From: Candidatus Poribacteria bacterium
GTDB lineage: Bacteria > Poribacteria > WGA-4E > WGA-3G
Assembly (NCBI GenBank): GCA_003635185.1
Contig: PYJA01000138.1
Coordinates: 43,820 to 107,819, forward strand
Direction: 5' to 3'
DNA length: 64,000 nt
The notes beneath the pieces are model-generated. The model searched no databases. It saw only the letters and a list, made by a program, of their open reading frames with translations, and was not told the origin of the DNA. A program made the translations under genes and the position numbers. Of this stretch, positions 45,382-55,400 are shown piece after piece; the stretch's first letter is position 1, and every line of letters starts with the position of its first letter.

Positions 45382-46788
45382 TTAATAGGGTGTATCTCGT
45401 GTTGTGAGCGCACACCACCTTGTAGAAAACAAGTGATTGAATACTGCCTCTCGCGCTTCTGGTGTGTCAATCTGCTTTAATGCTAATGCAGCATTAAAAC
45501 GGACATATCGATTCTCATCTTCCAATTGAGCGATTAAGTCCGGCAATGCAGGTTCAGAGAGCGGTCCCAGTTTTGCTAACGTGCGAGCTGCATTATAACG
45601 AACCCAATAATGTTCATCACTTAGCCCTTCTGTTGATACCTGTACCGTCTGTTCTAAATCAGTCCCTTCATCCATCTGTTGACCGATAATGCCTAAACCT
45701 TCAATTGCGTGTCGACGCACCAACGGAGATTCATCTTTTGCAGCGTGCGTTAATGCAGGAATAGCTTCCGCTGCTGCTGTTCCTATATCCGCCAACGCGT
45801 AGGCTGCAGTTGCGCGTACCGACTCATCTGTGTCTTGTAGCCCATCAATTAACGTTGGAACAGCGGGTAAACCGGTCAGACTTAAGGCATATCCCGCATA
45901 GCTGCGAATTGAGTCAGAAGTCCCATGTAATGCCTGATTCAAAGTGGGTACTGCTGCTTCGCCAACTCTGCCCAAGCGATATGCTGCGTTCAACCGCACC
46001 TTTTCATCTTCATGCTGCAAAGTTTCAAACAAGTTATCCACTTCGTTAGGTGAAACACCGTTAGCTGCTCCATTCTCTTTCCCATAATACCAATCCCACT
46101 GCGATTCCCACAGTTCTGGGTGGTCGGGTGCTACATCGTTGCCAACAGAATGCCAATCATCGGTCCTGCTTTGCCATGAAGGGGTGCTCGGTTCATCAAA
46201 TCGTGAAAACAGGAATTTCAACATATACCTTTTCTTATCACTTCGATTCGGCGTGGCACGATGCCACAAATCATAATGGACAATAGTTACAGTGCCTGCT
46301 TCACCACAGAGTGAAACATCTGGTTGTTCGTGTGCGCTTTCACTGGTTTCGTAATATTGAGAACCGGGTAGCACAGCAGTTGGCCCTCTGTCCTCAGGCA
46401 CATCTTGAGGATAATAAAATGCCATAGACCAACGACATTTGTGCCTTCGGATCTGTTCGTCTCCTTCATAAGAATCCTTATGAAATCCCTGTCCACCGCT
46501 ACCTTGTGGGTTGTAATGGCAGTATCGGTGTGGGTGCATCATATAGTTTTTTCCAAGTACACCTTGCATCGCACCATCAACTACTGGGTGGTCAAACACT
46601 TGTTGAATTTCAGGAATAAGCGGGAGCACATTGTTTCCCAAGTTACCTGTGTGTTCAAACATTACCTCCAGATGCTCGAAAATGTTTTCATGAAAACTGG
46701 GTGGAAAATCGGTTTTGACTGTAATATAACCGTTAATAATAAAATCCCGCATCTGTTCATCGGTAAGCTGAATTGCCTGATTTTTCAT
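45382..46788 (-). CDS. Phytanoyl-CoA dioxygenase (PhyH)-family Fe(II)/2-oxoglutarate oxygenase fused to C-terminal HEAT/PBS-lyase-type repeats
   Basis: PhyH-like N-terminal half (HKDSYEG..; TIVHYDLWHRATPN). C-terminal repeats with the VR..A..AL pattern (DESVRATAAYALADIG; SPLVRRHAIEGLG; YVRFNAALALKQI). Confidence 0.65.
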   Translation of the reverse strand: MKNQAIQLTDEQMRDFIINGYITVKTDFPPSFHENIFEHLEVMFEHTGNLGNNVLPLIPEIQQVFDHPVVDGAMQGVLGKNYMMHPHRYCHYNPQGSGGQGFHKDSYEGDEQIRRHKCRWSMAFYYPQDVPEDRGPTAVLPGSQYYETSESAHEQPDVSLCGEAGTVTIVHYDLWHRATPNRSDKKRYMLKFLFSRFDEPSTPSWQSRTDDWHSVGNDVAPDHPELWESQWDWYYGKENGAANGVSPNEVDNLFETLQHEDEKVRLNAAYRLGRVGEAAVPTLNQALHGTSDSIRSYAGYALSLTGLPAVPTLIDGLQDTDESVRATAAYALADIGTAAAEAIPALTHAAKDESPLVRRHAIEGLGIIGQQMDEGTDLEQTVQVSTEGLSDEHYWVRYNAARTLAKLGPLSEPALPDLIAQLEDENRYVRFNAALALKQIDTPEAREAVFNHLFSTRWCALTTRDTPY

Positions 46789-46898
46789 GTTATACCTCCA
46801 CTGAATCGCGTAGCTTGCTACTAACTTTTATATATAGTAGACTTTAGAATTAATTGGACATTATGTTCGGTTCGGTTCGGTTAGGAAACCGAACCTAC

Positions 46899-46936
46899 CG
46901 GGGTGTTGAGCATCAAACTGTTAGTTTGATGCTCAG
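46899..46936. repeat. REP-like hairpin, family G (TTGAGCATCAAACTGTTAGTTTGATGCTCAGAAG), preceded by a (TTCGG)n microsatellite
   Basis: Perfect palindrome. TTCGGTTCGGTTCGGTT at 46865-46881. Confidence 0.45.
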
Positions 46937-47019
46937 AAGTATCCCATTAATTATAGGTTTTACCATATATGATAACATTTTGTCAAAAAAAATCAAGGAA
47001 TATTTGTTTTTGCCTACAA

Positions 47020-47271
47020 TCGGGTGTGTAAAGTTTTTTGTATTGTCCACTTTATTTCTTTTGTGGGAAGGTTTTCTAAATCCAATTTTGTCTGAATCGC
47101 TGATTATCACAGATGACGCGGACAGAAGCGGATTGAAGAGGTATCTTGTGGCAACATCGTCTTTTGGAAAATGATTATGGCGTATGTAATATGTAAAAGG
47201 ATAATCCGCGAAATCTGCGGCATCCGCGAAAATCCGCGATTCAGAAATTGATAAGATATTTACACACCCCT
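47020..47271. mobile_element. MITE-like element, family A, second copy (about 250 bp)
   Basis: TIR CGGGTGTGTAAAG at 47021-47033 and TTTACACACCC at 47259-47269. Internal GAATCGC/ATCCGCGA motifs. Confidence 0.5.
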
Positions 47272-47389
47272 ACAATCTGTTTTATTGACATAATTTTGAT
47301 TTTTACTTATACTATGAATACACAAGACATTTCCATAGATCAATTTCTCATACAAACGCAATATCTATGCTGTTCCAAAGGAGGCAATT

Positions 47390-48037
47390 ATGTCAAAAAT
47401 TCTCGTGTTATCTGGTGAAAACCACCGTTTCAATGCCAGCGCAAGTGTCATTCACGGTTTTTTGGATGCGGATGCAGAAATTTCAGCAACTTTAACCGAC
47501 GATAAAGGTGTCTTAGCGTCTAAGGATTTAAACGCTTATGATGCGTGTGTTTTCGGGACTGGCTTCACCCGTTCGGAGCGTCAGGAAGATGGCACTTCCA
47601 AACGCGTCCCAGATCTAACTGCTGCCCAAGAAGATGGGTTATTTCAGTTTGTGAATAACGGCAAAGGGTTAGTCGGTATTCACGGTACCGCGTGGTGGAT
47701 TGGTGGGCGCGCCGTTGATCTTATCGGTGGGCACGCAAATTGGCATCCGCCAGGCTCAACCTTCACTGTGCATATTGAGGACACTGAACATCCTACGACG
47801 CAAGGGGTTGCAGATTTTGACGTTGAAGATGAGATCTACATTTCAGCGCATGACCCGCACATCCATGTATTGGCAACTGCAGAATGGTTCGGCAAGGCGC
47901 ATCCAATGGCATGGGTCAAATCCTACGGATCCGGCAGGGTTTTTTATACCACGTTGGGACACGGTCCGGGGACCTTTGAACGTGCTGGCATGCAGAAATT
48001 CCTTACACAAGCAGTAAAATGGGCTGCCACATCGTAA
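47390..48037 (+). CDS. ThuA-like (trehalose-utilisation, GATase1-like fold) protein
   Basis: Size and the GxVGIHG..WW block resemble the ThuA family. Weak motif-level call. Confidence 0.45.
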   Translation: MSKILVLSGENHRFNASASVIHGFLDADAEISATLTDDKGVLASKDLNAYDACVFGTGFTRSERQEDGTSKRVPDLTAAQEDGLFQFVNNGKGLVGIHGTAWWIGGRAVDLIGGHANWHPPGSTFTVHIEDTEHPTTQGVADFDVEDEIYISAHDPHIHVLATAEWFGKAHPMAWVKSYGSGRVFYTTLGHGPGTFERAGMQKFLTQAVKWAATS

Positions 48038-48047
48038 AGTCCGCCAG

Positions 48048-49136
48048 ATGCACACGCTAAAAATTAAAAATGTAGAGACCGAAATTGTTCAGGTCAACCA
48101 CCGCGGCAATTGGCTTTTCGTTAAGCTCCATGCTGAAGATGGCACAACTGGCATTGGTGAGGCTTCCCACGGCAGAGACGATGAACGGGTCAGACACCAA
48201 ATTGGGACCCTCAAACCCGATATTATCGGAGTGAATGTATTTGAATTAGAAACATTTCGTCATCGGTTCTTCCGTGAAACTGAGGGACACGCTTATCATA
48301 CCGCAATTAATGGAATCGAACAAGCGATGTGGGACTTAGCAGGCAAGGCGTTAGGCGTGCCAAGTTATCAATTACTGGGTGGTAAATGCCGAAACCGGAT
48401 TCGTCTCTATGCAAATATAAATAGGGCAACGGTAGATCGGAGCCCAAGCGGTTTCGCCCGCAATGCTGAACAAGCAGTTTCTGAGGGGTTTACTGCAATA
48501 AAATGCGCTCCGTTTGATGGTGTTTCAGTTTCGGATATATCAAAAGGAACGCTAACTTATGCTATCCACTTAGGTATTGATAGAATCCGAGCTATTCGCA
48601 CTGCTGTCGGGCCTGAAATTGATTTAATGGTAGATTGCCATAGTCGGTTCAATGCTGGTTTGATTATTCAAACGGCTAAAGCGTTGGACGACCTGAACCT
48701 CTTCTGGATTGAAGATCCGGTCCCGTTGACTGACCTTGATGCCGTTGCGCATGTAAGCCAATCTACCTCTATGCCGATTGCAACAGGGGAACGCCTGCGC
48801 ACACTCACTGATTTTGATCAACTGCTAAAACGGGGACGTGTTGATTATATTCTACCGGATGTCAAACATGTTGGTGGTCTGTTAGGTTTAAAAAAGATAG
48901 CAACTCTTGCAGAGACAACAAATGTTAAGATAACACCGCATAACCCAAGCGGGCCCGTCGCAACGGCTGCGAGCGTGCAATGTATGGCAAGTGTGCCGAA
49001 CTTTGGTATCCTTGAATATGCTTGGGGAGAAGTAGATTGGCGGAGTACACTTGTTGATCCACCCGAACAAATTATTGACGGTTTTATTGAACTTTCAACA
49101 CGATCAGGACTTGGTCCATCACTCAAATCATTATAA
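48048..49136 (+). CDS. Enolase-superfamily enzyme (mandelate racemase/muconate lactonising enzyme family; galactonate-dehydratase-like)
   Basis: N-terminal capping domain, KxK-type general-base region, metal ligands in DCH..IEDP..GER arrangement (LMVDCHSRF; WIEDP; ATGER). Confidence 0.8.
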   Translation: MHTLKIKNVETEIVQVNHRGNWLFVKLHAEDGTTGIGEASHGRDDERVRHQIGTLKPDIIGVNVFELETFRHRFFRETEGHAYHTAINGIEQAMWDLAGKALGVPSYQLLGGKCRNRIRLYANINRATVDRSPSGFARNAEQAVSEGFTAIKCAPFDGVSVSDISKGTLTYAIHLGIDRIRAIRTAVGPEIDLMVDCHSRFNAGLIIQTAKALDDLNLFWIEDPVPLTDLDAVAHVSQSTSMPIATGERLRTLTDFDQLLKRGRVDYILPDVKHVGGLLGLKKIATLAETTNVKITPHNPSGPVATAASVQCMASVPNFGILEYAWGEVDWRSTLVDPPEQIIDGFIELSTRSGLGPSLKSL

Positions 49137-49140
49137 ACAA

Positions 49141-49269
49141 GACTTACGCATTCCCCCTTGATAAGGGGGCAGGGGGGTTAAACAGTCCAATATTCAGTGT
49201 TTTTCGTCTTTTTAACCCCCTAAATCCCCCTTATCAAGGGGGACTTTAAGAGAAAATGCGTAAGTCCTG
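49141..49269. mobile_element. MITE-like element, family E copy
   Basis: GACTTACGCATTCCCCCTTGATAAGGGGG...CCCCCTTATCAAGGGGGACTTTAAG..GCGTAAGTCCTGA. Confidence 0.55.
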
Positions 49270-49298
49270 ATAAACAAACTTTTTTAGGAGACAAACTT

Positions 49299-50042
49299 AT
49301 GAGACTATTTACACTTTTTAATCTGCTTCTGATTGTCTGTTTGTTTGGTTGTCTTGGCAGTCAGCAGACCGCAACACAAACGATGGAGACAGAAACTGCC
49401 GCTACTGAAACAGAAGAGTCTGCCCTTGCAGTGCTTGAACTTTCAACGCCTAAAACAACCTATTCAGCACAAGAAGCAATTCCGTTAGAACTTACAATTC
49501 AAAACGGTAAGTTTGATCTACTTGTACCATTTTCCAGCGTGTCAACACAAAGGGCTTTCAAACAACTTACAGTGGCAAATAGCAACGGTGAGGTTTTCAA
49601 GATGAAAAAACCGATTCCGCTCGGAAACACCCTCAAAGCGCTTTACGAGGATGGAAAATCTGTCAGATGTGTTCAAGGCTTTGACATGAAAGCAGGCACA
49701 ACACAAACAGTTTCTCTGGAAAATCTGCAGACACATTACCAACTCGAACCTGGCAGTTACACAGTAAAAGTTACAATTTTATTAGAGGTATATCGGGAGT
49801 TCATGGAAGATCAACATCCAGAAATAATTGAATTGCAACGCGAAATTCAGAAATATCAGAATAACACTAACCCGCAGTTTACCCCAGAGGTAAAAAAGGA
49901 AGCAATTGAGTATACGCAAGGTCAAATTGATCTCATCAAAGAGAAATATAAGGAGGAGCTGCAAAACATTTATCTACCACTCAAGTCACTTCGTGGAAAG
50001 GCATCTCTTGAATCTAACAGTATTTCTCTTGCGATAAAATAA
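49299..50042 (+). CDS. Hypothetical lipoprotein
   Basis: Signal peptide with lipobox LFGC. No recognisable domain. Confidence 0.45.
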   Translation: MRLFTLFNLLLIVCLFGCLGSQQTATQTMETETAATETEESALAVLELSTPKTTYSAQEAIPLELTIQNGKFDLLVPFSSVSTQRAFKQLTVANSNGEVFKMKKPIPLGNTLKALYEDGKSVRCVQGFDMKAGTTQTVSLENLQTHYQLEPGSYTVKVTILLEVYREFMEDQHPEIIELQREIQKYQNNTNPQFTPEVKKEAIEYTQGQIDLIKEKYKEELQNIYLPLKSLRGKASLESNSISLAIK

Positions 50043-50050
50043 AGGTCCCA

Positions 50051-50366
50051 GGATGGACGCATTTCCTCTTAAAGTCCCCCTTGATAAGCTTTCTTGGCCC
50101 CATAAGTTTTTGGGGCCAGTCCGTTAAGTCTGTTGAGGGTGCCTGTTGCTTAAAACACCTGAAAACTGACCAATATTTTAGATGTCCGATACCGTTATAG
50201 GACTTTTAGATAAAGTTCACAAGGTTTTTTAGTTCTTATGACCAATTTTCTGTCCTATATCGGGGTTAGAAACCCTTCGGACAAGAGCATTTCGAGCCTT
50301 TGTGCCTCCAATTCGACTTATGGGTCCAAGAAAGCTTATCAAGGGGGAATACGTAAGCCCTGACTA
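50051..50366. mobile_element. Family-E MITE carrying a nested about 245-bp MITE (family F; TIR CTTTCTTGGCCCCATAAG / CTTATGGGTCCAAGAAAG) inserted between its palindromic arms
   Basis: Outer ends GGATGGACGCATTTCCTCTTAAAGTCCCCCTTGATAAG ... CTTATCAAGGGGGAATACGTAAGCCCTGAC. Inner element 50089-50333 has its own 18-bp inverted termini. Confidence 0.5.
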
Positions 50367-50390
50367 TAAACGGAACGGGTGTAACACATC

Positions 50391-52343
50391 TTAAAATTTT
50401 CCAAAGACTCGGACAAATATTTCCATGAAGTTCTGATCGTTAACATCCCCGATTGCACGTTGGTCTATGTATCGCGCGCCGATATGCAGAAAAAGCTGCT
50501 TGCGATAAGCCAAAAAACTCTTTTCCATTTCAGCCAATAGTGCTTGCCGAACAAAATCGTTATCATCCTTAAGCAAATCATTGAACAGAAGTATCTGTCC
50601 ACCACCGGTGAGTTTAATCGTTTTCGTAAACTGATAGACAACCTTGAGAATAAGCGCAGGAGTCATATCACGCACATGTGCTTGTTCAATTTGGCGCAAC
50701 CTGATATCGCGTGAGATGTCCCTATCGTCAATCCTGGCGTGTAAATTGAGGTATTCAAGCCGGTCTTCTGCCATACGAAAACCGTTACGGATAGTGTATT
50801 TGAACATTGGGCTAATTTCCAACGACTTGGAAGGTCGTAGGCGGTAGAGGGTTTTGAAAATACCGACTTCGTAGTGTTCATTATCACCATCAAAATCTAT
50901 ATCATATTGCAGCTTGGCGCGGGCTGTTGTAATCATGCGGTCTATACCGTGATATTCCCATGTGATTTTGGCAGTGTTAATCAGATCGTTCTGCATCAAC
51001 AGCGGGTCTGGACGGCGTTTTTCGACTTCAGTCCCGCCATCAACATAGAAAAACTGCAAGTCCCCATCCTCCACCATATTCTGGATTTCCGGTTGTGATC
51101 GATAGATTCTTTCATCTTCTCTACCCAAAAATCCAGCATAATACCACGTTTCATCAGGAATGTTGTCCTTCACAAGTTTGAGTTCATTTTCAAAAACAAG
51201 CGAAGAAGCGCGTGGCAATTCTTTCTTGTAAACCATATTAGCGAATGCTTTTCTGGAGGTGGGGATATCTCTGGATTTTAGGTTTTTTTCGAGTTGTAAC
51301 CCAAGGTCCAAGTCAATGACGCTTTTTTCGCGACGCATCGTCTGGTTCATGAAAAGCCGGACACCTTCTAATCCGACATCAAATTCGTAATTCGGATCCT
51401 GATCGTTTTCTTCCTCGTCCCGTATGCCGTTGTTGTTTCGATCGGTTTCATCAAGAAAATCTTCATCAACATCAAATAGCAGAATATCATCTTCGTAATC
51501 AAAAGTGCCGTTGTTATTTTTATCTAAGTCCCCGGGAATGATCAGGGAAGGTGGGTCAGGAAATGTATTATCGGAATATCTATCTTGGTCATCATTGTCT
51601 CCGACAGATCGGGAGGCATCAAATCTTGGACCGACGCGAAACGCCTCTGCTTGAAAGAGCGTATCTCCGACCGTTCGGAATGCCTTGAACACGGTTGTCG
51701 TGGTGTCAAAACGTGAACGCAAGTTTTTCTGTAGTGCGTTTTTCGGTGTTACCGCTATCTCTGCCTTCAATCCATAATTGGTGAAATTGGTTTCCATGTC
51801 TACTGACCAGACAGGCGCTTCGCGAAAATACCAAGAGAACCCTAACTGCGATTTACCGAATTTTGTCACTTCGCGTAAGCCGATACCCGATCCTTCAGTT
51901 TTATCTTCTTGACCGTTCAGACGGTTGAGCGTGCCCGGGACCATTAGGATTGTCCAATCGGTGTGGTTAGAACGCACCTCCCAACGGACACCGTTTAGAT
52001 CAATCTGATCAAAGGTAAACTTTGTAAATGTTGTTGGCACTTCACCGAGACTCAAGATATTTTTGACGTTTCCAGCAGTCTCTTCAATCACTAATACGCT
52101 GTGGAAGCCGCGCCGAAAGAGGCGGTCAAAATCAAAATTGTCTTGCCTAACACGCTCTTCCTCTGTATCTGCAAGGAAGTTTCGTCTATTTGTAAAGTCG
52201 TATTCAACACGGCCGGATAGGAACAACTTACCGAATAGACTGTACACATCCTCAGCGTAAACGCGGAACACAAAGGAACAGTTTAACAGTAAGAGTAGAA
52301 AACAAGGGAGTAGACACTTTCGAGTGCCTGTTTTTATGTCCAT
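50391..52343 (-). CDS. Putative outer-membrane beta-barrel protein with an acidic calcium-binding-like loop region
   Basis: Signal peptide. C-terminal residue Phe (..VRVFGKF), typical of OM beta-barrels. D/N-rich region with D-x-D-x-D spacing (DKNNNGTFDYEDD...DRNNNGIRDEEEND). Confidence 0.4.
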   Translation of the reverse strand: MDIKTGTRKCLLPCFLLLLLNCSFVFRVYAEDVYSLFGKLFLSGRVEYDFTNRRNFLADTEEERVRQDNFDFDRLFRRGFHSVLVIEETAGNVKNILSLGEVPTTFTKFTFDQIDLNGVRWEVRSNHTDWTILMVPGTLNRLNGQEDKTEGSGIGLREVTKFGKSQLGFSWYFREAPVWSVDMETNFTNYGLKAEIAVTPKNALQKNLRSRFDTTTTVFKAFRTVGDTLFQAEAFRVGPRFDASRSVGDNDDQDRYSDNTFPDPPSLIIPGDLDKNNNGTFDYEDDILLFDVDEDFLDETDRNNNGIRDEEENDQDPNYEFDVGLEGVRLFMNQTMRREKSVIDLDLGLQLEKNLKSRDIPTSRKAFANMVYKKELPRASSLVFENELKLVKDNIPDETWYYAGFLGREDERIYRSQPEIQNMVEDGDLQFFYVDGGTEVEKRRPDPLLMQNDLINTAKITWEYHGIDRMITTARAKLQYDIDFDGDNEHYEVGIFKTLYRLRPSKSLEISPMFKYTIRNGFRMAEDRLEYLNLHARIDDRDISRDIRLRQIEQAHVRDMTPALILKVVYQFTKTIKLTGGGQILLFNDLLKDDNDFVRQALLAEMEKSFLAYRKQLFLHIGARYIDQRAIGDVNDQNFMEIFVRVFGKF

Positions 52344-52438
52344 ATTTTATTGCTTTCAGCAATCAGTTATCGGCTTTCAGCATATTTCAGCATATTAGTT
52401 TTTTATGAGTTCCAAACAGTCTTGCTAATGACTAATGG

Positions 52439-55400
52439 CTATCTCAAAATATCCTCTGGTCCATAAGCCTCTGTGAAAGTTGTCCAAATCCCTGTGCGTT
52501 TATCAAAACGACTCAAGCCGCGGTAGGTACCGAACCAGACATACGTGCTGCCAATAGCCATAGAAAGTATACCGTTATGCGCTAAGCCATCTTTTCTCGT
52601 GTAAGTTGTCCAACTATTTTTTAAGTGGTCAAACCGACTGATCCCAGCGTTGTAAGTGCCGATCCACACATCAGTACCATCAACGCCAATAGTCGTAATC
52701 TTGTCACTTACGAGACCGTCTTTAGTCGTATAGGCACGCCAATCTTCTGTTCTTTCATTGTAAAACGTCACCCCGCGGTCGCTGCCAAACCAGATGCGGT
52801 CACCATCAACGGCAATACAACTGACTTCATCACTTGCGAGTCCATCCTCTGCTGTGATTGTCTTCCAGATGTCGCGACCAATATCGTATTTACTCACGCC
52901 TCGGCGCGTCCCGACCCAAACATGTTTTTTGCTTGCCGTAATACACCAAATTTCATCAGTAACCAATGATTCAGCAAATTCCTTAGACACGGCAGAGGGT
53001 TGAATTTCAGTGCCAGAAGTATAAGCGATCCATGCATTGAGATCGTCTGCAGTTCGCGGATATTTGCCTATTCCAGAATGTGTGCCAACCCATATATTGT
53101 TGCCATCAGTGCTGACAGATGTCACATTGTTAGCAGGTAACCCATGTTCAGTTTTGTATTGGTCCCAACGCAGTGCGATCTTATCAAATCGGTTCGCACC
53201 GTCACGCGTGCCTACCCACACATATTGCTCATCAACCACAATAGAACTCACAGCGTTATCGGAGAGCATCCCTCGTGATTTTGGACGATGGCGATGCCAA
53301 TGTCCGTTGTGTGTTGCTATCTCCTCTTCCCCTCCTGTCTGTTTATAGTTTTTCCATGTGCCTAAATCCTTATCGTAGCGCGATAATCCGCTGTCGGTGC
53401 CAACCCACACAAAACGTTCATCTGTATCTACTGTGCGGACGGTACGCCCTGAAAGCGTCGGCAAAGGGGCAAGAGGCATCCAGGATTCCTTCTGTTTGTC
53501 ATAACGGGAAAGTCCACGGATTGTGCCAACCCATACATAGTCTTCATCAACAGCAAGGGCATATTCACCAACATGGTTATGCAGCAGTCCTTTGATATTT
53601 TTAAACGAAGTCCAGGTGCCGGAAGCGAAATGAAAGCGCTGAAGTCCGTCATTGGGTGCGGCTAACCAGAGATAGTCGTTGTCGGCAGCAAGTTCAAGGG
53701 TGCCACGATCAGATGTAATTGTGGTCCACTCCTTATTGCGTCTATCGTATCGAGTAACTACATTGTCCCAAGGTCTGTATTGTATCCAAACATCGTTTTC
53801 TGTTGCGATGATACGCTTAATGGTCTTTGCAGCAAGTACATCATTGGTAGAAAACGTTGTCCATTCTTTTGTCTTTTTATCGTATCGTGACAATGGGCGG
53901 TTGCTACCTCTATCCCATTCAGAACGCGCAACCCAGACGAAATCTTTGTCAATCGTAATCCATTCGGCACCTCTGCCTGCCAAACCATCTCTCGGTCTAA
54001 ATTCCTTCCACTCCTTAGTATCTTCATTGTAGAGCGTGAGAGCATCTCCTGAACCGAACCATACCTCCGGTCCATCAACAGCAAATCCTCTTAAGCTTTC
54101 CCTATGTTCTCCACGATCAGGCTGGCTGATAACCTCCCACGTTCCAGCGGCTTTATCATAACGGTTCAACTCCATGCCCGCCATCGGAACAATCCACACA
54201 CTCTTTTCACTAACAGCAATCTTGTCCACATCGTCCACAGAAAGTCCATCCTTCATCGTAAAATGTTGCCATGTATCCTTTGATTTATCGTAGCGAAGAA
54301 CGCCGTAGTCTGTGGTGAACCAAACAGCGTCTTTATCTACATAAGTCCAACGCAACACCGTCATCGTTTTTTTCTGAGTAGACTGGAAAATATCTAATCG
54401 GGTGAACCGCTGCCACGTTTTTGTAGGTCGATGAAACCGCAATATTCCGCCATTCCGCGAAGCTCTCCAGTTAGAAAACCAGATATAATCTCCATCAAAT
54501 TTGATGTGTGAAACGCGCGTTTCAACTAAAGGTTCTCTGACTGGGCGGGATTGATGCGTCACCCCTTCACCATTCTTAAGGTGATGTTCGATGAGGCCGG
54601 TAGAGGTCGCTAACCAAAGCTTCCCTTCTTCGTCACACACAATGTCGCGAATGTTGTAAGATTTTTCCAGAGAATTCCACTTTTCAGTTGCAATCGTATA
54701 ACTTCCCAATCCCTGTGGTGTGCCGATCCAAAGCACGCCTTCTTGATAAGCGAGAGCTGTAATACTTGGAGACGACAATTTAGACCCTAAGGAAACAGGT
54801 GTCCAACGCTGCTGTGTACTGTCATATTTTGCGAGCCCTCCCCCTCCCTGCGTCCCTGCCCAAAGCACGTTGTCTACGGAAAGCAGTACGTTAACGTAAG
54901 GGTTTTTAAGCCCTTCAGTAACCTGATGCATCTGTTTATCCGCAACTGAATATCGCCAAACACCTTCTACACCACCGAACCAGACATTTCCATCATGAAT
55001 AATAACAGACAATATCAGTGGATTTTTAGGTGAGTTTGGTAACGCAAGTTGTGTCCATTCTTTAGAGTTCAGGTCATACATTGCGGGACCTAAATTTGTA
55101 CCAAGCCAAATTTGTTCTGCGTTACCAAGATTGTCTGACCCTTTGCCAGTGGCAACAACCGTCACAAAAGCTTCCCCTTGAGAGGGACGGTGGAATGTCC
55201 ACTGACCACCAAGATGCGTGCTTGAACCGAGTCCTCGCGCTGTGCCAATCCATATCTGTGCCTTTGAGATTTTGCTCAATTTGCTCAGTTCAGATTCAGT
55301 TGATTGTGACGCTATATCTACTGACATGACGTAAGGGGTTGGCAGCCCATCTTCTTTAGAGAAAACCTCCCAACTACGCTTTTGAGGAGAAAAAACTGAA

